DNA of 64,000 bases from an uncultured Holophagales bacterium (GTDB lineage: Bacteria > Acidobacteriota > Thermoanaerobaculia > Multivoradales > UBA5704), in NCBI GenBank assembly GCA_963842525.1, contig CAWJGT010000023.1, positions 256,001-320,000 on the forward strand, read 5' to 3'. A program made the translations under genes and the position numbers. Shown in pieces: positions 51,209 through 60,504 of this stretch. Each line of letters starts with the position of its first letter. Position 1 is the first letter of the stretch. Below the pieces are notes generated by a model. The model saw only the letters and a program-made list of their open reading frames with translations. It made no database searches and had not been told where the DNA came from.

Positions 51209-52198
51209 ATGAAGCGCTGGAAGACCTGGCTCGTCGTGCTCGGATTTCTCGTCGTGGTGTTCCTGCTCACCCGCGGTCCGGAAGCGCCGACGCCGAATCC
51301 ACCGGGGACCTTTTCCTTTGCCGTTCTGGGCGACGCTCCCTATTACGCGTGGGAGGAGATCCAGTACCGCTTCGTCCTGCAGTCGCTCGACGCCCACGAC
51401 CTCGGCTTCGTCGTCCACGTGGGCGACATCTTCTGGCGGCCCTGCACCGACGAGCACTACCGGCAAGCCCTCGGCTGGCTCAACGGTCTGCGGCACCCGG
51501 TGATCTATACCCCGGGCGACAACGAATGGGTGGATTGCTGGGAGCCGGGCTCCGGCGGCTTCGTGCCGCGCGAACGGCTCGACCGCCTCCGTCAGATCTT
51601 CTTCGCCGACCCGACCCGCAGCCTGGGCGGCAGCCGCCTGTCGCTGGTCAGCCAGGGAGGCCGCGAGCCCTATCCCGAATTCGTCGAGAACGCCCGCTGG
51701 GTCCACCAGGGGATCGTCTTCGCCACCGCTCACATGCCGGGAAGCATGAACGGTCTGGATACCACCTGGCGCATCGAACCCCCTGACGACAAAGCGGGCC
51801 GGAGGACGGAAGCGGCAGCCGCGTGGGTGCGCGAGACGTTCGCCGAGGCCAGGGCTGCGAACGCCTCGGCAGTGGTGCTCGGCTTCCAGGCGAACGCGGA
51901 TTTCGAGAATCCCGTCGACGATTCTTACCGCCGGGCGTTCAACCCGTTCATCCTGGCGGTCGAGGAAGAGGCCGAACGGTTCCCGCGTCCGGTGCTCCTG
52001 GCCCATGGGGACGGCCACAATTACACCGTCGATCACCCGCTCGTCCGGCGCACCACGCGCCGGCGCTTGAAGAACCTCACGCGCCTCCAGGTCCCCGGCT
52101 CACCTCTGGTCGGCTGGGTGCGGGTCGTGGTCGCCCCCGGCGCCGAGAGTCCGTTCGCCTTCGAGGAGCACGTGGTCCCGCGCTGGAAGTATTGGTAG
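51209..52198 (+). CDS. Calcineurin-like metallophosphoesterase, membrane-anchored
   Basis: GDAPY, HVGD, PGDNEW, HGDGH. Confidence 0.85.
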   Translation: MKRWKTWLVVLGFLVVVFLLTRGPEAPTPNPPGTFSFAVLGDAPYYAWEEIQYRFVLQSLDAHDLGFVVHVGDIFWRPCTDEHYRQALGWLNGLRHPVIYTPGDNEWVDCWEPGSGGFVPRERLDRLRQIFFADPTRSLGGSRLSLVSQGGREPYPEFVENARWVHQGIVFATAHMPGSMNGLDTTWRIEPPDDKAGRRTEAAAAWVRETFAEARAANASAVVLGFQANADFENPVDDSYRRAFNPFILAVEEEAERFPRPVLLAHGDGHNYTVDHPLVRRTTRRRLKNLTRLQVPGSPLVGWVRVVVAPGAESPFAFEEHVVPRWKYW

Positions 52199-52201
52199 GA
52201 G

Positions 52202-53962
52202 TCAGGCTTCACCACCGGCCGCCCGCGTCCAGGCCGGCTCGAGGCGACGCCACAGGCCCACGAGGATCTCCTCGTCGTCGGCCAGCGGCCTTTCCCGGGC
52301 GCCGGTGACGCCGGACGTGGCCAACTCCCGGTTCCTCAGAAGGACGTGGACTCCGCGCTCCGTACGCAGCGCTGAAGGCTTGGCGCCGGCCCATTCGGCG
52401 CCGGCCTTGCGCAGTTGGAGGACGAAGAGGCGGTCCTGGACGAGGAACGCCTTGACCACGTCCGAGAAGAGCGCGGCGGCGACGAAGGTGGGAGCGGCGA
52501 TCCGGGAGGCCCCGAAGGCCACGTCGATGCCCAGGGTGCTCTCGACCTTGCCGGCGAAGTCCGGGTCGAAGAGGCGGACCACGGTGCGGATCTTCGGGCT
52601 CATGCGCCGGGCGGCGAGGCCGATCCCCAGGTTCACGGCGTCGTCGCTGGTCGCCGCGACCACGGCCCGGGCTTTCGGCAGCCCCGCGCGGAGCAACGTG
52701 TCGTCCAGGCGCGCATCTCCCACGACCAGCGGCGCCTTGGTCCGCACGGTGGCCAGGAAGGCGCCGTCCGGATCAGCGTCCACCGCCACGACCGGCACCC
52801 CCAGCGCCACCAGCTCATCGACGACGCGATACCCGACGTTGCCCATGCCCACGACCACGACATGGCGGGACGCCGGCATCGGCGGACTACCAATGAGCTT
52901 GCGCAGCCGCGAGCCCACCAGGTAGTCGGTGAGCATCGAGTAGATGGTGGCCACCGTGATCGAGCCGAGAACCATCAGCAGGATCTCGTACATCTTGATC
53001 TCGGGCCCGGCCTCGGTGAGACCGACCTCGCCGTGCAGGCTGGTCACCGTGAAGAAGACCGCATCCGCCACGGACGCCCGCAGATAGGAGCGAAAGAAGA
53101 GGATCGAAAGCGGGATGAGGAGGCACAGGGCGAGGAAGATCGCACGCAGCGCCAACGGCTCGTCGAGCCAGGCGGAGACCATCCGGCGGCCGAGCCGCGC
53201 GAGCCGCTGGCGGAGGTGATGCAGGAGCGGCTTCCTCTGGTCCAGGAGCGGCACCTCCGTCGGATTGAAGAGCGCATCCCAGTCCTCCTTGCGGCAGAGG
53301 AGGGAGAGACGGTCGCCGGGCTTGAGCGGCTCCTCCCCCGCCGGCAAGGCCAGGGGCTCCTCCTCCGGCCGTTCCCGCGCCAGGACCAGCAGGCCGAAGC
53401 GGCGGGCCACGGCATCCACGGTCGGGCAGCCCGCCAGCGGACCTGCTCCCACCTCCTGGCGTCCGACCACGTACGCGTCGTCACCGAGTGAGAGGCTCGC
53501 CAGGACCGCGTCGCCCAGGGCCGCGGCCGTGAAGCTGGGCGCGGCGAGAGCCGACATGCCGAGCGCCCGGCGGATCGCGAGCGAGGTCTCGAGCTGGCGG
53601 GCGAGCATCTGGTCGAACAGTCGCGCGACGACCGGCAAATCAGGTCGCCGGCGGCGGACGTCGAGAGCGACCTCGATGTTGACCAGATCCTCACCCGTCG
53701 CAGCAATCACCGCCTGTGCCGTCGCGAGGCCGGCTTCCTCCAAAAGGCGGTCGTTGCGGGCATCACCCAGGAGGATACGGACGCCGAAAGCCTCGGCCGT
53801 CTGCCGCCGCTCGTCCCGGACCCGCTCCGTGATCACGACCACGCTCTCGCCCAGCCGGTGCAGGAGCTCCACGATCCGGTATCCCACGTCCCCCATACCG
53901 CAGACGATGAAGTGGCCTGCCACGCGGTGTGCCCTCCTCTTCGGGACCTCTTGGAGCCTCAC
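52202..53962 (-). CDS. TrkA/RCK-domain potassium channel family protein
   Basis: Two TrkA-N domains (VCGMGDVG, VGMGNVG) flanking TM segments. Confidence 0.85.
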   Translation of the reverse strand: MRLQEVPKRRAHRVAGHFIVCGMGDVGYRIVELLHRLGESVVVITERVRDERRQTAEAFGVRILLGDARNDRLLEEAGLATAQAVIAATGEDLVNIEVALDVRRRRPDLPVVARLFDQMLARQLETSLAIRRALGMSALAAPSFTAAALGDAVLASLSLGDDAYVVGRQEVGAGPLAGCPTVDAVARRFGLLVLARERPEEEPLALPAGEEPLKPGDRLSLLCRKEDWDALFNPTEVPLLDQRKPLLHHLRQRLARLGRRMVSAWLDEPLALRAIFLALCLLIPLSILFFRSYLRASVADAVFFTVTSLHGEVGLTEAGPEIKMYEILLMVLGSITVATIYSMLTDYLVGSRLRKLIGSPPMPASRHVVVVGMGNVGYRVVDELVALGVPVVAVDADPDGAFLATVRTKAPLVVGDARLDDTLLRAGLPKARAVVAATSDDAVNLGIGLAARRMSPKIRTVVRLFDPDFAGKVESTLGIDVAFGASRIAAPTFVAAALFSDVVKAFLVQDRLFVLQLRKAGAEWAGAKPSALRTERGVHVLLRNRELATSGVTGARERPLADDEEILVGLWRRLEPAWTRAAGGEA

Positions 53963-53993
53963 GCAGTGTAGCGTAGGGGCAGGTCAACGCATC

Positions 53994-54033
53994 TTGACAT
54001 CGACCGGCCGGAACAAGCATGATGCATTCATGC
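53994..54033 (+). promoter_or_regulatory. TA promoter and operator
   Basis: TTGACA at 53994, CATGAT at 54018, inverted repeat GCATGA-TGCAT-TCATGC overlapping the -10 box and ATG. Confidence 0.6.
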
Positions 54034-54241
54034 GACCGGAAGCAGCGGCAAAGGTCTCAAGGTGACAGTCAACGAGCCCCTGAGAACCGGCCTCGGAAGG
54101 ACGGAGATGCCTGTCCATCCGTCGAAGTTCAGGATCCGGGCCTTCCTCGACGGTCTCGAGCCGGGTATCGATCCCGACAAGATGAATCGGCTGTCGGACG
54201 AGATCGAAGCCAAAGAGCTTGCGCGGAAGCACCGCGGGTGA
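54030..54241 (+). pseudogene. VapB-like antitoxin with N-terminal deletion
   Basis: C-terminal half SGKGLKVTVNEPLRTGL...GIDPDKMNRLSDEIE is out of frame with ATG 54030. Confidence 0.6.
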
Positions 54242-54676
54242 TCCTACCTGACCTCAACCTCATCCTCCACGCTCACAACCGCGGGTCGATGTTTCATGTG
54301 CCCGCGCGGCGCTGGTGGGAGGCGACGATGAGCAGCTCGCACCCGGTGGGGCTCTGCTGGGCGGTGATGCTGGGATTTATTCGCCTGTCCACCCGGCGTG
54401 TCGTCTTTCGTGAGCCTCTGTCAGTCTCTCTCGCCTGTGACGAGATCCGTGCTTGGCTTGCCCAGCCGCAGGTGATCATCCTCGAACCCGGCCGGCACCA
54501 TGCTGCGATCGTCTTCGATCTTTTCGAAACGCTCGGCGCTGGCGGAAACTTTGACGACCGACGCTCACCTGGCTGCTCTCGCGATCGAGCATCAATGCCA
54601 GTCTCTGCACGACGGACGGCGACTTCTCCCTCTTTCCGGGCTGCACTGGTCGAACCCGTTGACGGCTGCGCGATAG
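54238..54676 (+). CDS. vapC: VapC PIN toxin (frameshifts near 54550-54600)
   Basis: ILPDLNLILHA, WAVMLGFIRLST, TDAHLAALAIEH, TTDGDF, W.NPL. Confidence 0.85.
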
Positions 54677-54702
54677 CCCGTTGCGGCGTCACTCCGCGAG
54701 CA

Positions 54703-54843
54703 AAGGCCCACCTGAACCGCGAAAGGGTTCTCGACTTCGATCTCTGACGAGTCCTCGGCAAGCATATCGTACGCACTGCCCAGACGTTCCTCCATCCACC
54801 TTTCCGCCTTCTCTGCCAGAGCTTCCTGCTCCAGTCGGTCCAT
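54703..54843 (-). pseudogene. Degenerate paralog of the 47433-47612 antitoxin-like ORF
   Basis: ERLGSAYDMLAEDSSEIEVENPFAVQV vs ERLSRAYDMLAEDSAEADVESSFAIQV; shared DNA CGAGTCCTCGGCAAGCAT. Confidence 0.6.
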
Positions 54844-54884
54844 GCTGATCTCTCGCCGGTCCGCCGCCTTGCTGCGGAGACGGA

Positions 54885-55850
54885 TCAGGGCCGTCGAAGT
54901 CCAAACGGAGCGAAGGGTAGCGGCAACCGACGACGGTGCATATCAAAGGGCCAGATTTCCGGAACCTTTAACTGCACGAGCGCAGAGCGTTCAGCAATAG
55001 CCAGTGGCCAAGTGAACTCCGGGGCTGATCGCTCCGGCACAATGATATATTGACCATTGGATTGTACCCCGATATGAATCGTTCCTTCGCATCGGGTAGT
55101 CAGTACGAAACGTCGCCTGAGACTGGGCAATGGTAAAACCGGAATGCCTCGTGCGCGCCATCGATACCGATCTGTCGTATCTTGACTAGCATAGCGGCGC
55201 CTAGCATCAGAAATAACAAAAACATCAGGTTGACAGAATTGAAACACATCTTCACAGCATCCGTTCTCCCGTCCGTGGTGGGAAGCCACAAACACAGTGA
55301 CGGAGGCAAGATCTGCGACGAAACCGGGCTGCCGCAACAGTGCACGCCAACCAGCAGTCTCTAGATCACCGGCAAACAAGATCGTGAAAGCGCCATAACG
55401 GATGAAAACGGCCAAGCTAAGATTGTTCGTATCGGTGAAGTCATTTCCATATTGATTAAAGTAGGCCCATGCTCGAACACCCCCGCCATCGGCGATACTA
55501 CCAACCAGTCCTGATCCAAAGCGCTTGAGGATGCCCTGCATCATCCGCACTCCTCTTCCCATACCTCCAGCGCGTTTCATCGCCGCGAGCGCATCCGCAT
55601 GGACAGTTGGGTTGCTAAATATGGAACGGATCGACACATCCCGCCAGAGATAAGATAAATCTCCGACATGATCTTCATCGAGATTTACGATTGCGAGAAG
55701 ATCGATCGGGCTTCCTCTAAAGGCTATAGAGGGGAACCACGGAGGTTCCAAACGGTAACCACAATCAATCATTACACGGGCGCCATTTGGACAGGTAATT
55801 CCAGCACAACTACCGTGGCCTACGTCAAAAATGTCGATGAGCATTTTCAT
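54885..55850 (-). CDS. MBL-fold (ComEC/Rec2-like) metallohydrolase
   Basis: FDVGHG, MIDCG, NLDEDH, NNLS, LFAGDLE, SHHG; visibly lower GC. Confidence 0.82.
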   Translation of the reverse strand: MKMLIDIFDVGHGSCAGITCPNGARVMIDCGYRLEPPWFPSIAFRGSPIDLLAIVNLDEDHVGDLSYLWRDVSIRSIFSNPTVHADALAAMKRAGGMGRGVRMMQGILKRFGSGLVGSIADGGGVRAWAYFNQYGNDFTDTNNLSLAVFIRYGAFTILFAGDLETAGWRALLRQPGFVADLASVTVFVASHHGRENGCCEDVFQFCQPDVFVISDARRRYASQDTTDRYRWRARGIPVLPLPSLRRRFVLTTRCEGTIHIGVQSNGQYIIVPERSAPEFTWPLAIAERSALVQLKVPEIWPFDMHRRRLPLPFAPFGLRRP

Positions 55851-55863
55851 TCTAACCTCTTCA

Positions 55864-56370
55864 TTACAACAGCTCTCGGAAGGAGCCGATCTCCATCCGA
55901 TAGCGGTTCTTCTCTAACACGGATCTTGCCTCTTCAGCTTCATCCACGGTCCAGTAGCCTGTCCGGATGGCGAGAAGGAAGAGGCCTGGAGTGTTGAGGA
56001 GGCGATCAGGCCCAAGGAGCCTCTTGGCTTCACTGCGGACGCTCCGCTTTTCATCGCAAGCAAATAGCCATCCTCTGGATACCGCGAGCGTGAGGCATGC
56101 AGCCTCTCCCAGCTTCATCTGCTTGCGAAATTTGAAGAGTTGGACCAGCTCCGATGGCTGGTCGAGGGAAACTTCCTGCAGGATCCCGACCTCAAGCGCT
56201 GCACGCACGCGACTCTTTTGGTCGGGCTTTTTCACCTCTGCCAAGACTTCGGCAGGAATCACAAACTGAAGTCGGTCGAGTGCTCCGAAGAGTTCGAGCC
56301 GGTCGAGTATGACCATGTTGATCAGCACCGAGGTGTCCATTACAACAGTCTCTGGCTCGCCTCCGCTCAC
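55864..56370 (-). CDS. PIN-domain protein (DUF3368-like)
   Basis: VMDTSVLIN, VLAEV, LGEAACL, ACDEK. Confidence 0.82.
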   Translation of the reverse strand: MSGGEPETVVMDTSVLINMVILDRLELFGALDRLQFVIPAEVLAEVKKPDQKSRVRAALEVGILQEVSLDQPSELVQLFKFRKQMKLGEAACLTLAVSRGWLFACDEKRSVRSEAKRLLGPDRLLNTPGLFLLAIRTGYWTVDEAEEARSVLEKNRYRMEIGSFRELL

Positions 56371-57652
56371 TCAAGTCCCTCAGGTAGGAGGACCTCGCTC
56401 TCCGGCTCTTCCTCCATGCCTACCGCCCGAAGCACCCGATCCAATGCTGAAGAGGAGAAATCTACGATCGAGGCCAGCTCGGAGAGCTTCCCGCGGGAAA
56501 TTTTTTCTCGCCGGTATGCCTCGACCGCAAAGGCGAGGAAGCGGGACCGAAAGTCTTTTGAGCCCGCCGGTCGTTTCCCTTTCTCCTTGCGGGGAACGGC
56601 AAGGCGTAACGATCGTTCGATCTCCTTTCCTCGACCCTCCTGCTCTTCGCGCAGCAGCTCGTCTAGCTTGGCCTGTGAGATCACGCCAAGGTTCTTGAGC
56701 CGATAAAGGGCAGCGAGGCGACTGACCCCAAAGTGATGTGCCATGAGCACGACATCGTAGAGCTGGAGAGCCTGGGAACCCGGTTCGGCTCGCGCCTCGG
56801 CGGAGACCACCTCTTCTTCGTCGAAGATTGCCCATTTGTCGCGGCTCGGCTGACCCTTTCCGATTCCCGCGAGAAACTCGCGCACTCCAAGCTCGGGCAT
56901 TAGGAAAGCAGCAGCGAAAGCGTTGGCCCGAACCTCGGAAAAATCGGCACGGTCCGACTCCCGACTGACCGTGCCTTTGAGGTTGCGATCGAACAGAATA
57001 TGAGCGTACTCATGCACCCAAGAGAACCGAGCCCGCAACGGGTGGTGACGCTGGTTCGCCACCACAAGGAAGCTAAGGTTCGGCTCCATGAGGGTGAAAC
57101 CAGAAACATCTTGGGGCAGGTCTCGGAGGACCGTCCGAATCCCTTGGCTCTGTAGGAGGTCTTCAATATCGCCGAGAGGCACCTCGCCCAGGTTGAGGCG
57201 ACGCCGCTCCGCGGCCGCCGCACGAGCTCCCTGTTCGAACGCCCTGCCATTTTGAGTTGAGCACGGGATCGGCATAGGCGGGTGCACGGAGGGAAGACCG
57301 GTCGATACCGAGCAGATCTTCGAGGTTCGCAAGTTGCCGAGCCAAAGCGATGCAGAGGGAGACTGCCTCGGCAACCTCTTGTGCCTCGGCAAAGCCGGCT
57401 TCCGCTCGGAAGAGCGCGAACAGAGACTCCTCCGGGTGGAATTCCTCGGCGAAGAACTCCTCGACTCCCCGGCCATAGTGCCGAGCCAACGCCTCCAGCT
57501 CAAGTCCCGAGACAGTACGATTCCCGAGCTTCCACCTGGGCCAGCGACGAACGTGGCAGTCCCAACTTGCGCGCAACCGCCTCCTGAGTCAGCCTTGCCG
57601 CTTCGCGAGCCATTCGGAGGCGTGAGGCTAACTCCTCTTGAGTGATCGGCAT
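56367..57652 (-). CDS. XRE HTH-ImmA/IrrE metallopeptidase (frameshifted)
   Basis: MPITQEELASRLRMAREAARLTQEAVA (HTH); RFSWVHEYAH (HExxH); EVRANAFAAAFLMP. Confidence 0.9.
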
Positions 57653-57854
57653 CAAGGGCTCCTTCCCGTAGCGCTTCGACCCAAGCCCATGCTACACAAT
57701 CGAACAGGCTGTGTCAAGAAAATCCGGCCTGTGCTGCAAAAGAGAACAAGCCTGTGGGGAGACATCTCTGCCAGCTTGGAAAATCCTGGCGTGGCGGCAG
57801 GAAGCCTGGCGACAGGTGCGGGCCGGGCCGCACGCTAACATTCCGGCCGACAAG

Positions 57855-57879
57855 GCGGGCGAGACGCCCGCGCTCCCAG
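57855..57879. repeat. Family-C REP-like hairpin
   Basis: GCGGGCGAGACGCCCGCGCTCCCAG. Confidence 0.7.
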
Positions 57880-57887
57880 GAACTCTC

Positions 57888-60114
57888 CTACCGGGCCTTC
57901 CGCTCCTCGGCCGCCGGCTGGGCGAGCCCGTAGACGTGGTTGAGGGTGCGCACGACGAGCAGGCCACCGGACATGGCCGGCGTCGACATCACCGTCTCGC
58001 CCATCGGTTGAATGGTGAGGAGCTCCGGCTCGGGGCCCGCGCGCAGGACGTAGACCTCTCCCGTCTCGCTGGCGATGTAGAGCCGGCCGTCGGCCGCCAC
58101 CGGCGAGGCGGAGAACGAGGCGCCGGCGGCGCTCAGGCGGATCTGCGAGAGCTGCTCGCCGGTCTCCGCGCGGTAGGAGGTGAGGATGCCGTTGTTGTTG
58201 CAGGTGTGGAGGATGCCGCGGTAGAGGATCGGCGTCGGGATATAGGTCCCGCCGCGGGGATGGCTCCAGGCGACCGCCGGCGTCGCGCTCTGGCCCGCGG
58301 GCAGGCTCAGGTCGCCGCGGTGACCCGGTCGCACGGCATAGACCGGACGCACCGGCGGGTAGCCGGCGGTCACGAAGGCCATCCCGTCGCCCACCACCGG
58401 CGTCGCGACCACGACCTCGGAGCTCGGCCCCAGGCTCCAGAGGAGCCGGCCGGAGCGCGGATCGTAGGCGCGGATCGTCGAACCGTTGGTGATCAGCTCG
58501 TCGCCGGAGGGTGAGGGGAGCACGTTGGGCGTCGCCCAGGTCGAGGGCTCATCGCGGGCAACGCGCCAGACCTCCTCGCCCGTCGCCAGCCGGTAGGCGG
58601 CGAGGAAGGAGTCCTTGCGGCGGTCCCCCTGGATGAGCACCAGGTCGCCATAGAGGACCGGTGAGCTGGCGTGCCCCCACTCGGCGCTGCCGGACTGCGG
58701 GTCGTTGCAGTCCAGGATGCCGATGTCGCGCTGCCAGAGCTGCTTGCCCTCGAAGTCGTAGGCGGCGAGCTTGCCGATCGGGCCGAAGAGCACGACGATG
58801 CGCTCGCCGTCGGTGGCCGGGGTGGCATTGGAGAGGCTCGATTTGAGGTGGCGCCGCACCTGGGGCGTGCCGCGGTGGACCTCGCGCTCCCAGAGCACCT
58901 TGCCATTGGTCGCGTCGAGGGCGTAGAGCCGGAAGGAATGCTCGGAGAGGTCCTCGACCGAGGTGGGGTCGCCGTAGAGGCCGGTGCGGAACGTCGTGTC
59001 GCCCTTGCTGCTCACCGCCGTGGTGAGGAAGATCCGGTTGCCCCAGATGATCGGGCTGGACAGCCCGATGCCCGGGATCGGCGTCTTGAAACGAACGTTT
59101 TCGCCGGCCGCGACGTTCCAGGCGGCCGGTGCGCCCTGACCGTCGCCGATCCCCGCGGCCCGCGGGCCGCGGAACTGCGGCCACGGGCGGGCAGGAGCGA
59201 GCGCCGCCGGCTCGGCTTTGGCCTTCTCATCGGGGCCCGGCGCGGCAGTCCGCACCGGCGTCGGATCGGAGGTCATCAGGCCGAGGAAGGAGACCTCGCC
59301 GCCGCGGTTGACGCGCGCCCATTCGACGATCCCGCCTCGCCCGCCGAAGAAGACCGACAGGTTGCCGTCGGGACTGTCGAACCGGCGCTCGGCCACCGCG
59401 CCGAGCACCGTCTCTCCCTGGCCTGCGTGCCTGGTCAGGAAAAACGACTCCAAGGCCTTCGCCGCGCACGGTCACCGTGACCTCTTTGCCGATCTCCGTG
59501 CGGTAGCGCCCGGCATAGATGGACAGTTGCTCCGGTGCAGCCCGGTACGGGGGGCGTTGCCGCGGCTTCGCCGTGGCCGCGGCGAGCAGATCGCGCAGGG
59601 CCGGCGCCACGCCTTCTCCTGCGGTCACACGGCGCGCTGCCGCGAGGTCGAGCGGCTCGAGGAATCCGGTGGCGAGCGCGGCGCGCGCCAGCTCGAGGTC
59701 ACCGCGATCGATCGCCACCTCGAGGACGGTAGCGGCGTCCTCGGCCCCATGGGCGAGGAGATACCGCACCAGCTCGAAGTGCTCGCCCTGGAGCGCCATG
59801 CCCACCACCGAGGCACCGAAGAACCGGTCCGTGGCATTGACGTTGGCCCCGCGCTCGACGAGCAGCCGCGCCGCGGCAAGGTGCCCCTTCTCGGACGCAA
59901 AATAGAGCGGGGTCTGGCCGTAGCGGGCCGGTGCGTCGACCGGCGCCCCGGCGGCGAGCAGCGCCTGGATCCGCGCCACGTCCCCGGCACGCGCCGCTTC
60001 GCGGAGGGCCTCACCGGGATCGTCGGCGCCGGCTGCGGGCACCGCGGTCGCGGCGACAAAGAAGAAAGCGAGGCAGAGGAAGAGAGCGCGACGGCAGGAG
60101 TGCGAGACGGTCAT
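57888..60114 (-). CDS. Secreted ankyrin-repeat plus PQQ-binding-like beta-propeller protein (frameshift near 59455)
   Basis: Signal peptide; GQTPLYFA ankyrin repeats; WPQFRGP, SSPIIWG and ASPVAADGRLY propeller motifs. Confidence 0.85.
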
Positions 60115-60249
60115 GGGGTGCCTCCAGAAAAGGTTCGGACGACAAGGCCTTTCCTACCACAAGAGGGGGGCCATGCTCCAGGCTGGCCTGTACCCCCGCT
60201 CGGCAGGATACGACAACTTCGCCAGCGTCCCGATTGGCCGCTCTGCGCT

Positions 60250-60485
60250 ACTCTTGCGGCCGCGATCGCGGTCACCTCGAAAAGGATGTGGAACTGGGAC
60301 GAATCGGGATCGAGCAGCTCGTAGCGGCTGTACTCGTCCGCCTCGCGGGGCGGCGCCTCGACAGGCTCAGTGCCGCTCGCCTGAGCGGCGGCCTGCGGAG
60401 GCGCCGGTGCTGTCACGACACGGGGCTGCCCTGCGCAGGCGACGAGCAGTGGCAGCCCGAGGCAGAGGACAACGAGACACAGCAC
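60250..60485 (-). pseudogene. Truncated lipoprotein fragment
   Basis: Lipobox-like LLVAC and EADEYSRYELLDPDSSQFHILFEVTA, followed by non-protein-like sequence. Confidence 0.45.
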
Positions 60486-60504
60486 AGCGCGAGTATATCC
60501 GCCT

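Noticed and set aside
46768-57652. Prophage or integrative element
   Set aside because: No integrase, transposase, phage structural genes or att-like direct repeats seen
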